64,000 nt of DNA from contig CAWJKZ010000014.1 of assembly GCA_963843575.1 (NCBI GenBank), positions 832,001 through 896,000 on the forward strand, in the 5' to 3' direction. The notes beneath the pieces are model-generated. The model did no database searches, was not told the DNA's origin, and was given only the letters and a program-made list of their open reading frames with translations. This document shows positions 39,127-48,942 of the stretch, in pieces. Position 1 is the stretch's first letter. Every line of letters starts with the position of its first letter. This DNA comes from an uncultured Acidobacteriota bacterium (GTDB lineage: Bacteria > Acidobacteriota > UBA6911). Position numbers and translations under genes: made by a program.

Positions 39127-40000
39127 ATGATCGTGAACGTGGGGCTCATCCAGACGACGCCCGGACCGGACCCGGAACGGAACCTGGAAAAGGCCGTGGA
39201 ACTGGTCCGGCAGGCCGCCGCGCGCGGGGCGCAGATCGTCTGCCTCCCCGAGCTGTTCAAGTCGCTCTACTTCTGCCAGACCGAGCAGCACGCGAACTTC
39301 GGCCTCGCGGAAGACATCCCGGGCCCCACCACTCGGCAGATGTCGGACCTCGCCGCGGAACTCGAGGTCGTCCTCATCGTTCCGCTGTTCGAACGCCGCG
39401 CCCCGGGGATCTATCACAACTCGGCAGCCGTGATCGACGCCGACGGCAGTTACCTCGGCAAGTACCGGAAGATGCACATCCCGGACGATCCCCTCTTTCA
39501 CGAGAAGTTCTACTTCACACCCGGGGACCTGGGATTCGCGGCCTGGGACACGCGCTACGGCCGGATCGGCGTCCTGATCTGCTGGGACCAGTGGTACCCC
39601 GAGGCCGCACGCCTGACGGCACTCGGCGGAGCTCAGATACTGTTTTACCCCACTGCCATCGGGTGGCTCCCGGCGGAGAAGGCGGAATTCGGCGCGACGC
39701 AGCACGCCGCATGGGAGACGGTCCAGCGGAGCCACGCCATCGCCAACGGCGTCTACGTCGTCGCCGTCAATCGCGTCGGCCATGAAGGCGAGGCTGTCGG
39801 GAGGGATCGAGTTCTGGGGCGCGAGCTTCGTGTGCGATCCCGGAGGGACCATCGTGCAGAGGGCGTCCCACGACCGCGAGGAGACCCTCGTCGTCCCCTG
39901 CGACCTGCAGCAGATCGACATCGTCCGCACGCACTGGCCGTTTCTGCGCGACCGCAGGCTCGAGGCCTACCACGACATCACCCGGAGATACCTCGACTGA
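39127..40000 (+). CDS. Carbon-nitrogen hydrolase (N-carbamoylputrescine amidase-like); frameshift near 39795
   Basis: CLPELF, YRKMHIPDDP...EKFYFTPGD, LICWDQWYPE (E-K-C triad), then FWGASFV.DP.G...R.HWPFLRDRR in the next frame. Confidence 0.88.
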
Positions 40001-40033
40001 CCCCGCTGCCCCGCCGATGCCCTAAGTGGTCAC

Positions 40034-40236
40034 TTACATGAATACGATGACGTTATTTCGGACGCAGATGGACGCGAATCGTATAGTTGGTGCTGATGTT
40101 CACCAATACGCTACGGCGTTTTTCAGGACGCGGATTTGCGCGGACTCACACGGATCTACCTGGCGAAAGGCCGCGTCCGGCATTCCGCATGAATCCGCGG
40201 AATCTGCGTCCTCCTGAATAATAAGTCAGCGTACTT
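40034..40236. repeat. Palindromic intergenic repeat (CGCGGAT family), copy 4, with a duplicated left end
   Basis: Homologous to the reverse complement of 991-1190 and to 16975-17022; partial second left end at 40041-40079. Confidence 0.8.
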
Positions 40237-40249
40237 TTGAAATTGTGCC

Positions 40250-41030
40250 CTACGCCCCCTGCGCTGCACCCCGCGGCAGCGGCTTCCGCAACCACGACGC
40301 CAGGTATGCCCACGCCAGCCACAACCCCGGAACCAGCACCAGCACCAGGGTGAGCCAGCTGCCGTATATCCCGTCGGGCCCGTAGGCCTCGGTCGCATCG
40401 TGGATCGCGACGCTCCCGGGAAACACGCCCGCCTCCGCAAGTTCGTGAACCCCGTAAATGACCAGCTGGAGGGTGAAGACGAGCAGGAAAACCGCCGTGA
40501 CCTGCAGGACGCGGCGCAGGTCCACCCGGCTGCCGTACCGGGCCCAGAGCGCCGCCAGGAGAGCTGCGGCAGCCAGGCCGAGGCAGGCGCCGGCGGCGAT
40601 ACGCGCCGCCTTCATCTGAAACATCAGCGTCCCCAGCAACAGAGCCGTTTCCATCCCCTCGCGGGTGATCATGAGAACGGTAAATAGGAAAACCCCGGCC
40701 CACGCCGCACGGCCCGATCCGGCGGCCGCACCCAGCTCCCGGTGGATCTGCGCCCTGAGGTTGCGCGCCGTGCGCCACATGTGGACGACGAACGTCGCGA
40801 CCAGCGCCGCCGCCACCAGCGCCAGCCCCCCTTCCCACAACGATTGGTTGGCCGCGAAACGAAAAAAGATAGCCCGCCGCCGCGCTGGTCGCCACCGACG
40901 CCGCGACTCCCCAAAACACCGGCCGCACCAGGTCCTGCCGGCCCGTCTTGCGGAGATAAGACAAGCTTATTGCCACGATCAAAAAAGCTTCGATCCCTTC
41001 CCGCAGTGTCACGACAAACGCCTGAAACAT
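40250..41030 (-). CDS. FTR1/EfeU family iron permease; frameshift near 40860 at an A-run
   Basis: Two REGxE motifs (TLREGIEA, ITREGMET), WEG, HELAEAG; multi-TM. Confidence 0.9.
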
Positions 41031-41052
41031 CCGCCCCACCCCTCAGTTCACG

Positions 41053-41106
41053 ATGAAATATATTTTCATTATTGTTCTATATAATTGTTCTATAAACTCT
41101 TGTCAA
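41053..41106 (-). promoter_or_regulatory. Sigma70 promoter with Fur-family-like operator upstream of the FTR1 permease
   Basis: Minus strand reads TTGACA-N17-TATATA, a TATAGAACAAT direct repeat, then AATAATGAAAATATATTTCAT (ATGAAA-N5-TTTCAT palindrome, about 13/19 match to the Fur box). AT-rich island. Confidence 0.65.
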
Positions 41107-41346
41107 GACCACAACCCGATACCGCGAGGGTGTCGCGGGACGGTCCGGGAGATCCTGACCCATGGGGGTCTCAGTTCCGGCGCGGCTCGCCGGTTACGCT
41201 TTTGCTTGACCCTTCGGCGGCGATAGCCGAGGATGGCGCGCGCGGCGATCCCGCGCTGCAGAGGGGCGGAGAGCGGATCCGGCTCATGACGGCGATGTGC
41301 GCGGCGCGCAATCGGGATCGTGCCGGTCACGGAGGATTCCTGGACA

Positions 41347-42469
41347 GTGTCCCCCATTCCGGTTCTTGAAAATGTGCCTCTGGCCCCGCTGACGACGCTC
41401 GGCATCGGCGGCCCCGCCCGCTTCCTGGTCGATGCCCGCGACGAGGGCTCGGTCGCCGAGGCGCTGGAGTTCGCTCGGGCCCGATCGTGCCCCGTGTTCG
41501 TGCTCGGCGGGGGCAGCAACGTGCTCGTGGCGGACGCGGGCTTCCCGGGGCTGGTGCTGCGGGTGGGGTTGCTCGGCATCGACGGGCTCGACGGTCCCGG
41601 TGACGCCGTAGTGCGGGTCGCCGCCGGCGAGGGTTGGGACGCCTTCGTGGAGGCCTGCGTCCGGCGGGAGTACGCAGGGATCGAGTGCCTGAGCGGGATA
41701 CCGGGAAGCGCGGGAGGCGACGCCCGTGCAGAACGTGGGCGCCTACGGACAGGAGGTGGCCGAAGTGATCACGGCGCGTCCGGGTGCTCGACCGCGAGTC
41801 ACTGCGGTTCGTGGAGATCGGCAGGGCCGAGTGCGGTTTCGCGTACCGCTCGAGCATCTTCAACACGACGTGCGCCGACCGCTACGTGATCCTCAGCGTC
41901 GACTTCGCCCTGAGGCTGCACGGGGGCGCCGCGGGTCTCCTACCCGGACCTGCAAGCGTCAGTTCGAGGGGACGATCCGGGGCGGCGACCCTCGCCGAGG
42001 TGCGGGATAGCGGTGCTGCGGACCCGGGCGGCCAAGGCCATGGTGCTCGTGCCCGGCGACCCGGATGCGCGCAGCGCCGGGTCCTTTTTCAGGAACCCGG
42101 TGGTCGATCGCGCGCGAGTTTGACGCGAGTCGTCGAAGCCGCCCGCAACCGCCGGATCGTACCGCGGCCGAGACGCCCCCCTGCTTCCCCGCCCCGGACG
42201 GCCGATTCAAGATTCCCGCGGCGTGGCTCATCGAACGCGCCGGCTTCGCCAAGGGATACGGGACGGGCCGTGTCGGTGTGTCGCACCGCCACACGCTGGC
42301 CCTGGTGAACCGTGGCGGAGCGACGGCCGCCGAACTGCTGGCGCTAGCGCAGGAGATTCAGACCCGTGTGCGCGCCGTGTTCGGCGTCGACCTTGCGCCG
42401 GAGCCTGTTTTTGTCGGATTCTGGAACGAAGGGCCACGCCGTTTTCGAATAATCCGCGTGCTGCGGTAG
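41347..42469 (+). CDS. murB: UDP-N-acetylenolpyruvoylglucosamine reductase; multiple frameshifts
   Basis: LAPLTTLGIGGPA, LGGGSNV, GIECLSGIPG, QNVGAYGQEV, CGFAYRSSIF, SAGSFFRNP, AAWLIE.AGF.KG, H.LALVN.GGA, L.PEP, distributed over several frames. Confidence 0.88.
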
Positions 42470-42498
42470 TATAGGAACCTTGAGAACCGGAGGACAGG

Positions 42499-43099
42499 AT
42501 GAAAAAAATGTGGTTGGGTTGCCTCGGCATCGTCGTCGTGGGAGCGCTCATCGTCGGCTTCATGGTCAGCGGCACCTACAACGACATCGTGGGGCGGGAA
42601 CAGGCGGTGAACGCCCAGTGGGCGAAGGTCGAGAGTTCCTACCAGCGACGCGCGGACCTCGTGCCCAACCTGGTGAACACGGTCAAGGGTTACGCCGCGC
42701 ACGAGCGGGAAACCCTGGAGGCCGTGACGGCGTCCCGGGCGCAGGTCGGCTCCGTGCAGGCATCGCCCGACATCCTTGAACAAGCCCGCGGAGTTCGAGA
42801 AGTTCCAGCAGGCGCAGGCGGCGTTCTCCAACGCCCTGTCGCGCCTGCTGGTGGTCGTCGAGCGCTATCCGGATCTGAAGGCGAACCAGAACTTCATGGA
42901 CCTGCAGAGCCAGCTCGAGGGGACCGAGAACCGCATCAACGTCGAGCGCAACCGGTTCAACGACGCGGCTCAGAACTACAACACGCGGATCAAGCAGTTC
43001 CCGGCCGTCCTGATCGCCCGGCTGTTCGGGTTCCAGGAGAAGCAGTACTTCCAGGCGGCCGCAGGGAGCGAGCGGGCCCCCACCGTCGATTTCAAGTAA
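42499..43099 (+). CDS. lemA: LemA family protein; frameshift near 42777
   Basis: TM then W..VE..YQRRADLVPNLV.TVKGYA.HE; second frame ERYPDLKANQNF..LQ.QLEGTENRI.VER..FN. Confidence 0.9.
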
Positions 43100-43112
43100 G
43101 AAACGGACTGCG

Positions 43113-43995
43113 ATGCTCAAGATTCTGATCGGCCTGGCGCTGCTGGTGCAGGTGCGCCCCGGTTACGGGCTGGATGTACCCAGGCTCGATCACCGGGTGA
43201 CGGACCTCGCTGGGTTGCTCACCCCCGAGCAGGTCGCGGGCCTGGACTCGAAGCTCCGCGATCTGGAGACGACCGACTCCACGCAGGTTGCCGTCCTCAT
43301 CATCCCCAGCCTGGAAGGCGAGCCGCTCGAGGACTATTCCGAGCGCGTGGCCACGGCGTGGCGGCTCGGGCAGAAGGGGCGCGACAACGGGGCGCTCCTC
43401 CTGGTGGCGATGAAGGAACGCAAGGTCCGGATCGAGGTGGGATACGGGCTCGAACCGACCCTCACCGATTTGAAGAGCCACCGCATTATCCAGGACGAGT
43501 TGGTCCCACGCTTCAGGCAGGGCGATTACTACGGCGGCATCGACGCCGCCGTCACCGCAATCATCCAGGTGGTGCGCGGGGAATACCAGGGGCCCGTCCG
43601 AGCCCGCGGGATCCGGCCGACGATCGGGCAGGTCGTTCGATTGGATCATCATCATGCTGCTCCCCCTGTTCTGGGTGTTGAGCGCGACGGGCAAGTGGGG
43701 AGGAGGGCTGCTGGGGGCCGGGGCCGGGGCGTTTCTCGGATACTCCCTGGCAGGTCCGTTCCTGGCCGCGATCCTCGCCGGGGGGGCACTGGGTGGACTC
43801 GCCGGCCTCTTCCTCGGCGCCCTGGTGCGTGCCGGCAACCGGCAGCCGCACCGCAGCCGCTGGGGCGGCGGCCCGTTTTTCCCGGGCGGCTTCTCCGGGG
43901 GTGGGGGGGGATTCTCGGGCGGCGGCTTCTCCGGAGGCGGCTTCTCCGGGGGCGGAGGGAGTTTTGGCGGCGGAGGCTCTTCCGGCAGTTGGTAG
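43113..43995 (+). CDS. TPM (DUF477/YgcG) domain membrane protein with Gly-rich tail; frameshift near 43620
   Basis: VTDLAGLL, W.LGQKG.DNG.LLLVA..ERKVRIEVGYGLE; C-terminal FSGGGGSFGGGGSSGSW. Confidence 0.88.
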
Positions 43996-44010
43996 TCCGG
44001 CCGCGATTGG

Positions 44011-44649
44011 GTGGACAGGATGGAGTTGCTGAGCGAGCAGGACAAGCAGGCAGTGAGCGAGGCGATCAACCGGGCCGAGACCGGCACGTCCGGCGAAATC
44101 GTCTTCGCGCTCACCGACGCCTCGGCCCGCTACCTCGAGGCCAGCTTCCAGGGCGCCCTCGTGTTCATGGCGGCCGCCTGTGCCGTCTACCTGGCGCTTC
44201 CCCTCCAGCACTCCATCAAAGCGCTTCTCTGGACCGAAACGATCGCCTTTGCCTCTTCGTTCGCCGTGCTCGCCTACTGGCCGTGGCGGCGCTGGTTCAT
44301 CCCGAAGCGGGAAATGGCGCGCCGGGTGCACGACGCGGCCATGATGGAATTCTATTCGAGCGGGCTCTATCGCACGCGCGACGCCAACGGCGTCCTGATC
44401 TACCTTTCGCTGCTGGAGCGGCGCGTCGTCGTGCTGGGCGACACCGCGATCAACGAAAAAATGGGCGGCCAGTGGGACCAGGTCTGCGACACGATCGTGC
44501 GCGGCATCCGCGACAGGCAGGCCCGCGCGGGGATCTGCGCGGCCATCGAGATCTGCGGCCGGCGCCTCGCCGAGCACTTTCCCCGCAAGCCCGACGATTC
44601 GAACGAGCTCTCCGACACCGTCATCGACCGCAGACCCCGACGCAGGTAG
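44011..44649 (+). CDS. TPM-domain membrane protein (LemA-associated second TPM protein)
   Basis: AI..AE..TSGEIV, two TMs, GLYRTR..NGVLIY.S..ERRVVVLGD, HFP...DD.NEL.D. Confidence 0.88.
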   Translation: MDRMELLSEQDKQAVSEAINRAETGTSGEIVFALTDASARYLEASFQGALVFMAAACAVYLALPLQHSIKALLWTETIAFASSFAVLAYWPWRRWFIPKREMARRVHDAAMMEFYSSGLYRTRDANGVLIYLSLLERRVVVLGDTAINEKMGGQWDQVCDTIVRGIRDRQARAGICAAIEICGRRLAEHFPRKPDDSNELSDTVIDRRPRRR

Positions 44650-44683
44650 GCATCGCCAGCGACCAACCCGAAAGGCCACTTTC

Positions 44684-44716
44684 GTAGGCTGCGCCGGGCC
44701 GACGCGACCCACTTGG
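44684..44716 (+). repeat. GTAG-type REP-like hairpin
   Basis: GTAGGCTGCGCCGGGCCGACGCGACCCACTTGG resembles the reverse complement of 52147-52180. Confidence 0.5.
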
Positions 44717-44726
44717 TGTAAACTAA

Positions 44727-44966
44727 GAGTTTGCGCAAGAATAAGTTCACATTTTGGCGCGAGCGCCGGGCGGGCAGATGCCAGGCGCCGCGACGCAGGC
44801 GATGTGGGGACATCGTCGAGGTGCGGCAACGCCGCAGATGCCCGCCCGCCGCCGCGCCCCGGAGGGCCGACGGCTCCGCTAAAAGCAATCTCCTATCGTT
44901 GCTTGCTGTAGGATCTGGTGGCTCGGGAGCCGTCAGCAAAATGTGAAGTTATTCTTGCGCGAGCCC
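44727..44966. mobile_element. MITE, 240 bp, 29-bp terminal inverted repeats, TAA target duplication
   Basis: Left GAGTTTGCGCAAGAATAAGTTCACATTTT; right end reverse-complemented GGGCTCGCGCAAGAATAACTTCACATTTT (25/29 identical); TAA at 44724-44726 and 44967-44969; no transposase. Confidence 0.82.
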
Positions 44967-44996
44967 TAAGCGGGCGGATACGCTGTGAGGTGACCA

Positions 44997-46031
44997 ATGG
45001 CACTAACGCTCTCTACCTGCGCCAGGCGCGTTCTCCTGGTTTCGACAACCCTGTTTCTGCTCGCGGACCCGGTGGCCGCGGCGCAGACTCGGCCCAAGGC
45101 GCGAAAACAGATCGCACCGTGGCTTGTGTTGAGGGAGGAAAAGGGATTCGACCGCATACGTCAGAACGCGGACATCCTGAGCTCCTTGAGCGTCTTCGGC
45201 GACGCGCCGCGCGAGTTCATCGACCGCTGCCACGGTCTGAACATCGAGGTCTACTGGGGCGTATCGGGCAATGCGTCGGCGTTCGACACGCCGGCCCGTG
45301 CCCAGGCGACGCTCGAAAAATACGTCGAAGCCTGCCGCTCCAGAGGCTACGACGGCATCGACCTCGACTTCGAGCACCTGGACCCGGCGGTCCAGGACGG
45401 GTATTCCGATTTCCTGCGCCTCGTTTCCTCGACCTTGCACCGGCTCTCCAAGAAGCTGAGTCACTGCGTCGGTTTTTACCCTGGTATGGAACTGACTCCG
45501 CCGCGCAAGATCTTCTATGACCCGAAAGTTGTCGCCGAAACCTGCGACATGATCCGGGTGATGTGCTACGACATGTACTGGGCGCCCGGGAGGGGCGACC
45601 CCAAGATGGCAGACCGGCCGGACACCCAGGGGATCGGGCCCACCTCCAGCTATCCCTGGGCCCGGGAGGCCATGCGCTTCTGGGTGCGGCAGGCGCCGCG
45701 CGAAAAGCTGATCATGGGCCTGCCGGCGTACTCCAACGATTACGACCTGTCGCCCAAGGGCAAGGGCAAGCAGGTCTACGGGCCGGTGCCGCCCGTGGCC
45801 GCACCGGTCCAACTGGAGAAGGCCTGGCAGTGGTACGAACGGCTGCCGGTGTCGGTGTACACCGATCCGACAGGCGCCCGGCACATCTTCTACGGCAGCG
45901 ACGCGGAAAGCACCAAGGTCCATCTCGAGACGGTCGACGAACTGGATCTGCCCGGGATAGGGTTCTGGCATTTCAGCAGCGTCGACGACCCGACCTGGGC
46001 AGCCGTGCGGGCGTGGCTCTCTAAGCAGTGA
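44997..46031 (+). CDS. Secreted glycoside hydrolase family 18
   Basis: Signal peptide; YDGIDLDFE (DxxDxDxE), VMCYD, KLIMGLPAY, GIGFW. Confidence 0.85.
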   Translation: MALTLSTCARRVLLVSTTLFLLADPVAAAQTRPKARKQIAPWLVLREEKGFDRIRQNADILSSLSVFGDAPREFIDRCHGLNIEVYWGVSGNASAFDTPARAQATLEKYVEACRSRGYDGIDLDFEHLDPAVQDGYSDFLRLVSSTLHRLSKKLSHCVGFYPGMELTPPRKIFYDPKVVAETCDMIRVMCYDMYWAPGRGDPKMADRPDTQGIGPTSSYPWAREAMRFWVRQAPREKLIMGLPAYSNDYDLSPKGKGKQVYGPVPPVAAPVQLEKAWQWYERLPVSVYTDPTGARHIFYGSDAESTKVHLETVDELDLPGIGFWHFSSVDDPTWAAVRAWLSKQ

Positions 46032-47003
46032 CCGCCGCATCGATGCCGGGCCGATCGCTGGAGATCGTCGCGACCGTCGGACCCGCAAGCCACGGGCTGG
46101 TCGTCGAGCTGCACGACGCGGGCGCGACGTCGTTTCGGCTGAACGCCTCACACATGGCCCCGCGCGCCCTCGCGCGCCTCGCCACCCGCTGCCGGCGCGC
46201 CGCCCCCGGCGTCACGCTCGCGGTAGACCTCCAGGGCGCCAAGATGCGCCTCGGGGCGTTCAAGCCGGTCCGCCTCGCCGAAGGCGACCGGGTCCGCTTT
46301 TCCCTCGCCGCCGCGCACCGGGCGCTCCGGCTCCCGCACCCCGAGTTGTTCGGGGCCGCGGAGCCCGGCTGCACCCTGAGTTGCGACGACGATCGCTTGC
46401 GGTTTCGCGTGCTCCGGAACTCGGCCGGCGTGCTGGAATGCTTCGACCCTGACCGCGGGGATGCTCCTGCCCAGGAAAGGGGTCAACGTTCTCGAACACC
46501 CGGTGAAGCTCCAGGCGCTGTCCGGAGCCGACGCGGCGGCGATCGACGGGACGTCCCACCTGGGCCGCGTCGCGTACGCGTTCTCGTTCATGGAGGACGG
46601 TCGCGAGGCTGGCTGGGTGCGGGAGCGCGCCCCGGGTTGCGCGGTGATCGGCAAGATCGAGCGCCGAGAAGCTGCCGCGCGGGTGCGCACCATCTCCGCC
46701 GCCGTCGACGCGCTCTGGATCTGCCGCGGCGACCTCGGCGCGCAGCTCGGCGTCGCCGGGATGGCGCGCTGGATTTCGGAATACACCCCGGGCACCGACC
46801 ACGGCCCCGTACTCATGGCGGGGCAGGTCCTCGAACACATGACCGAACACCCGATCCCCACCCGCTCGGAGGTGTGCCACCTGCTCGACCTTTGCCGCAG
46901 AGGGTACGGAGGCTTCGTGCTTTCCGACGAGACCGCCATCGGACGGGACCCTGTCCGGGCGGTCGGGACCCTGCACGAGCTGCTCGCCGCCTTTTCCCGG
47001 TAG
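46028..47003 (+). CDS. Short pyruvate-kinase-like protein (barrel and lid only); frameshift near 46447
   Basis: IVATVGPAS, FRLNASH, VDLQGAKMRLG, KGVNV, IGKIE, ICRGDLG, GQVLEHM...PTRSEV, LSDETA.G..P..AV; ends without the C-terminal regulatory domain. Confidence 0.8.
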
Positions 47004-47030
47004 CCGCCGCTTCCGCACCGCCGCCGACGG

Positions 47031-47706
47031 TCAGGGCAGCGCCTTCAGCCTGATGTTGCGGTACTCGACGCGGTAACCTTCCGCTTCGAGGCCGAAGAAG
47101 CCGCGGCGCACCTCGCACTTCATCTCGCTGGCGCTCCCGCCGTTCACCCAGAGGCTGACCTGATCGCCGACGGCGCTCAACTCGTAGGTGTTCCACTCTC
47201 CCGCCGGTTTGATCCGGTTCTCGGGCATCTTGTCGCGAGTGTTGACACGCTGGATGACGCCGTTGACGAGTGTGTCTGCGAAGAGATACCCGCCACCGGC
47301 GGTGGCCTGCGCCTGGTGCCATATCGAGCCGTCCGGGCTGGTGCGGACGAATACGCCGGCGTTGTACCGCGGGCTGCCCCTCGACGACCGGGAAGCGCCA
47401 CTCGACGCGCGCGACGAAATCGGACAGATCCTGGCCCCACCGGAGCCACTCGTGGCCGACCCTGTCGCCGTCGCAGATGACGGTCGTGCCGGAAGCGTCG
47501 AGGTGCCAGGGGGACGGGTCCGTCATTTGTCCCGGTCTGAGGGCCCCGGCCGCGCCCAGCGGGCCTCGGACCCACTCTTTCAAGCTCTTGTCGGCAAGCA
47601 GGTCCTGCCACCCGGCCGGATCCGAGTCCAGGGCGCCGCGCGATTGCGACTGCAGCGCGGGCAGCAGAAGAAGAATGAATACGACGGCGGCGAGCAGAAA
47701 ACGCAT
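47031..47706 (-). CDS. DUF1080 (3-keto-disaccharide hydrolase-like) secreted protein; frameshift near 47372
   Basis: Signal peptide, GWQDLL, DF...VEWR, then GEWNTYE...LWVNG...GFFGLEAEG..VEYRNIRLK. Confidence 0.8.
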
Positions 47707-47962
47707 GTAACCCTCCATGTCTTGAGTGGAAAAACGTTCGGCCCCGACCGCGGGATCGCCCGAAGCAGGAGAACGGAATCACGTCACAGAACCCTATCGT
47801 CGCCGCACCCGCGTGGGAATTGCAACTCCAGTTTGCACCGTCGGGACGCCTCGTCGGGCCAGGGGCGAGGCCCCGGCTGCCCGAACCCTCAGGGCAGGGT
47901 CACCTTTTTCTGGTGCCAAAACAGGGCATCGCGGGTAAGTTATGGGGCCAAGGAGGTGGCTC

Positions 47963-48852
47963 ATGGCTTTCTGCACGAAATGCGGTGCGGCAATTAGCGG
48001 TGATTTTTGCACGAGCTGCGGCGCGCGGGTCGGGACGCCGCCCCAGCCTGACAGGCCGATACCCCCTCCGGTGTATCAGCCGCCGGCCCGCCCCGTCCAG
48101 TCCGCCGGACAGCCCGTGCCGGCGAAAAAGAAGATAAGTCCGGTGCTTTGGATTGTCGGTGGCTGCTTCGGCCTGCTCGTCATCGCCGCGGTGATCGCGG
48201 TATTCACGGGCTTTTTCGTGGCCAACAAGGTCAGACAGGCCGGGCTGGACCCGGCCCTGATCGAGAAGAACCCCGGGCTGGCAGTGGCCAAAATGATGGT
48301 CAGTGCGAACCCGGACCTCGAGATGGTTTCGGTGGATGAGAACCGGGGGATCATCCGCGTCCGGGAGAAAAAGACCGGCAAGACCATGACGGTCAACCTC
48401 GAGGCCGCCAAGGAAGGCAAGATCGAATTCCAGGACGAAAACGGCGAGAAGATCGAGCTGCAGGCGACCGGCGGAGGCGATTCCGGCTCGCTCACCGTCA
48501 AGACCCAGAAGGGGACCATGCAGCTCGGGACGGGCCTGAAGCTCCCGGACTGGCTGCCCTCCTACGCGGGGGCACAGCAGATCGCTTCCATGGGCATCAC
48601 CGACCGAAAGTACCGAAGGGGGGAACGGCGAATTTCAGGACGGGAGACGGCCCGGACCGGGTGATCACGTTCTATGAAAACGCCCTGACCGGGACCGGGT
48701 TCGCCGTGGAGAAGACGACGTTGAACGCTCCCGGCCAGCCTGCCGTCATCTTCCTGACCGCGAAGGACAAGAGCTCGAACAGAAGCGTTCAGGTGACGGC
48801 AACAGCGCAGCCGGAGGGAACGGTCGTCGGCGTCGTGTACGAAAACAAATAG
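47963..48852 (+). CDS. Zinc-ribbon, Pro-rich, single-TM membrane protein; frameshift(s) near 48600-48650
   Basis: MAFCTKCG...FCTSCGA, Pro-rich linker, TM, LPDWLPSY; C-terminal part V.TFYE.AL...GF in another frame; AGGAGG RBS. Confidence 0.65.
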
Positions 48853-48942
48853 CGTGAAGGCTCGGCCTTCTGTTGAACTGATTACCAGGAGAAATGAGGG
48901 CCGGCTCCGGATCTCCATATTCCACTGCACCGGGAGGAATCG

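Noticed and set aside
43880-43992. GGCGGCTTCTCC tandem repeats
   Set aside because: They encode the ordinary GGGFSGGG tail of TPM-domain proteins.
41347-43995. Programmed ribosomal frameshifting in murB, lemA or TPM
   Set aside because: There are multiple irregular indels per gene without consistent slippery heptamers, so sequencing error is more parsimonious.
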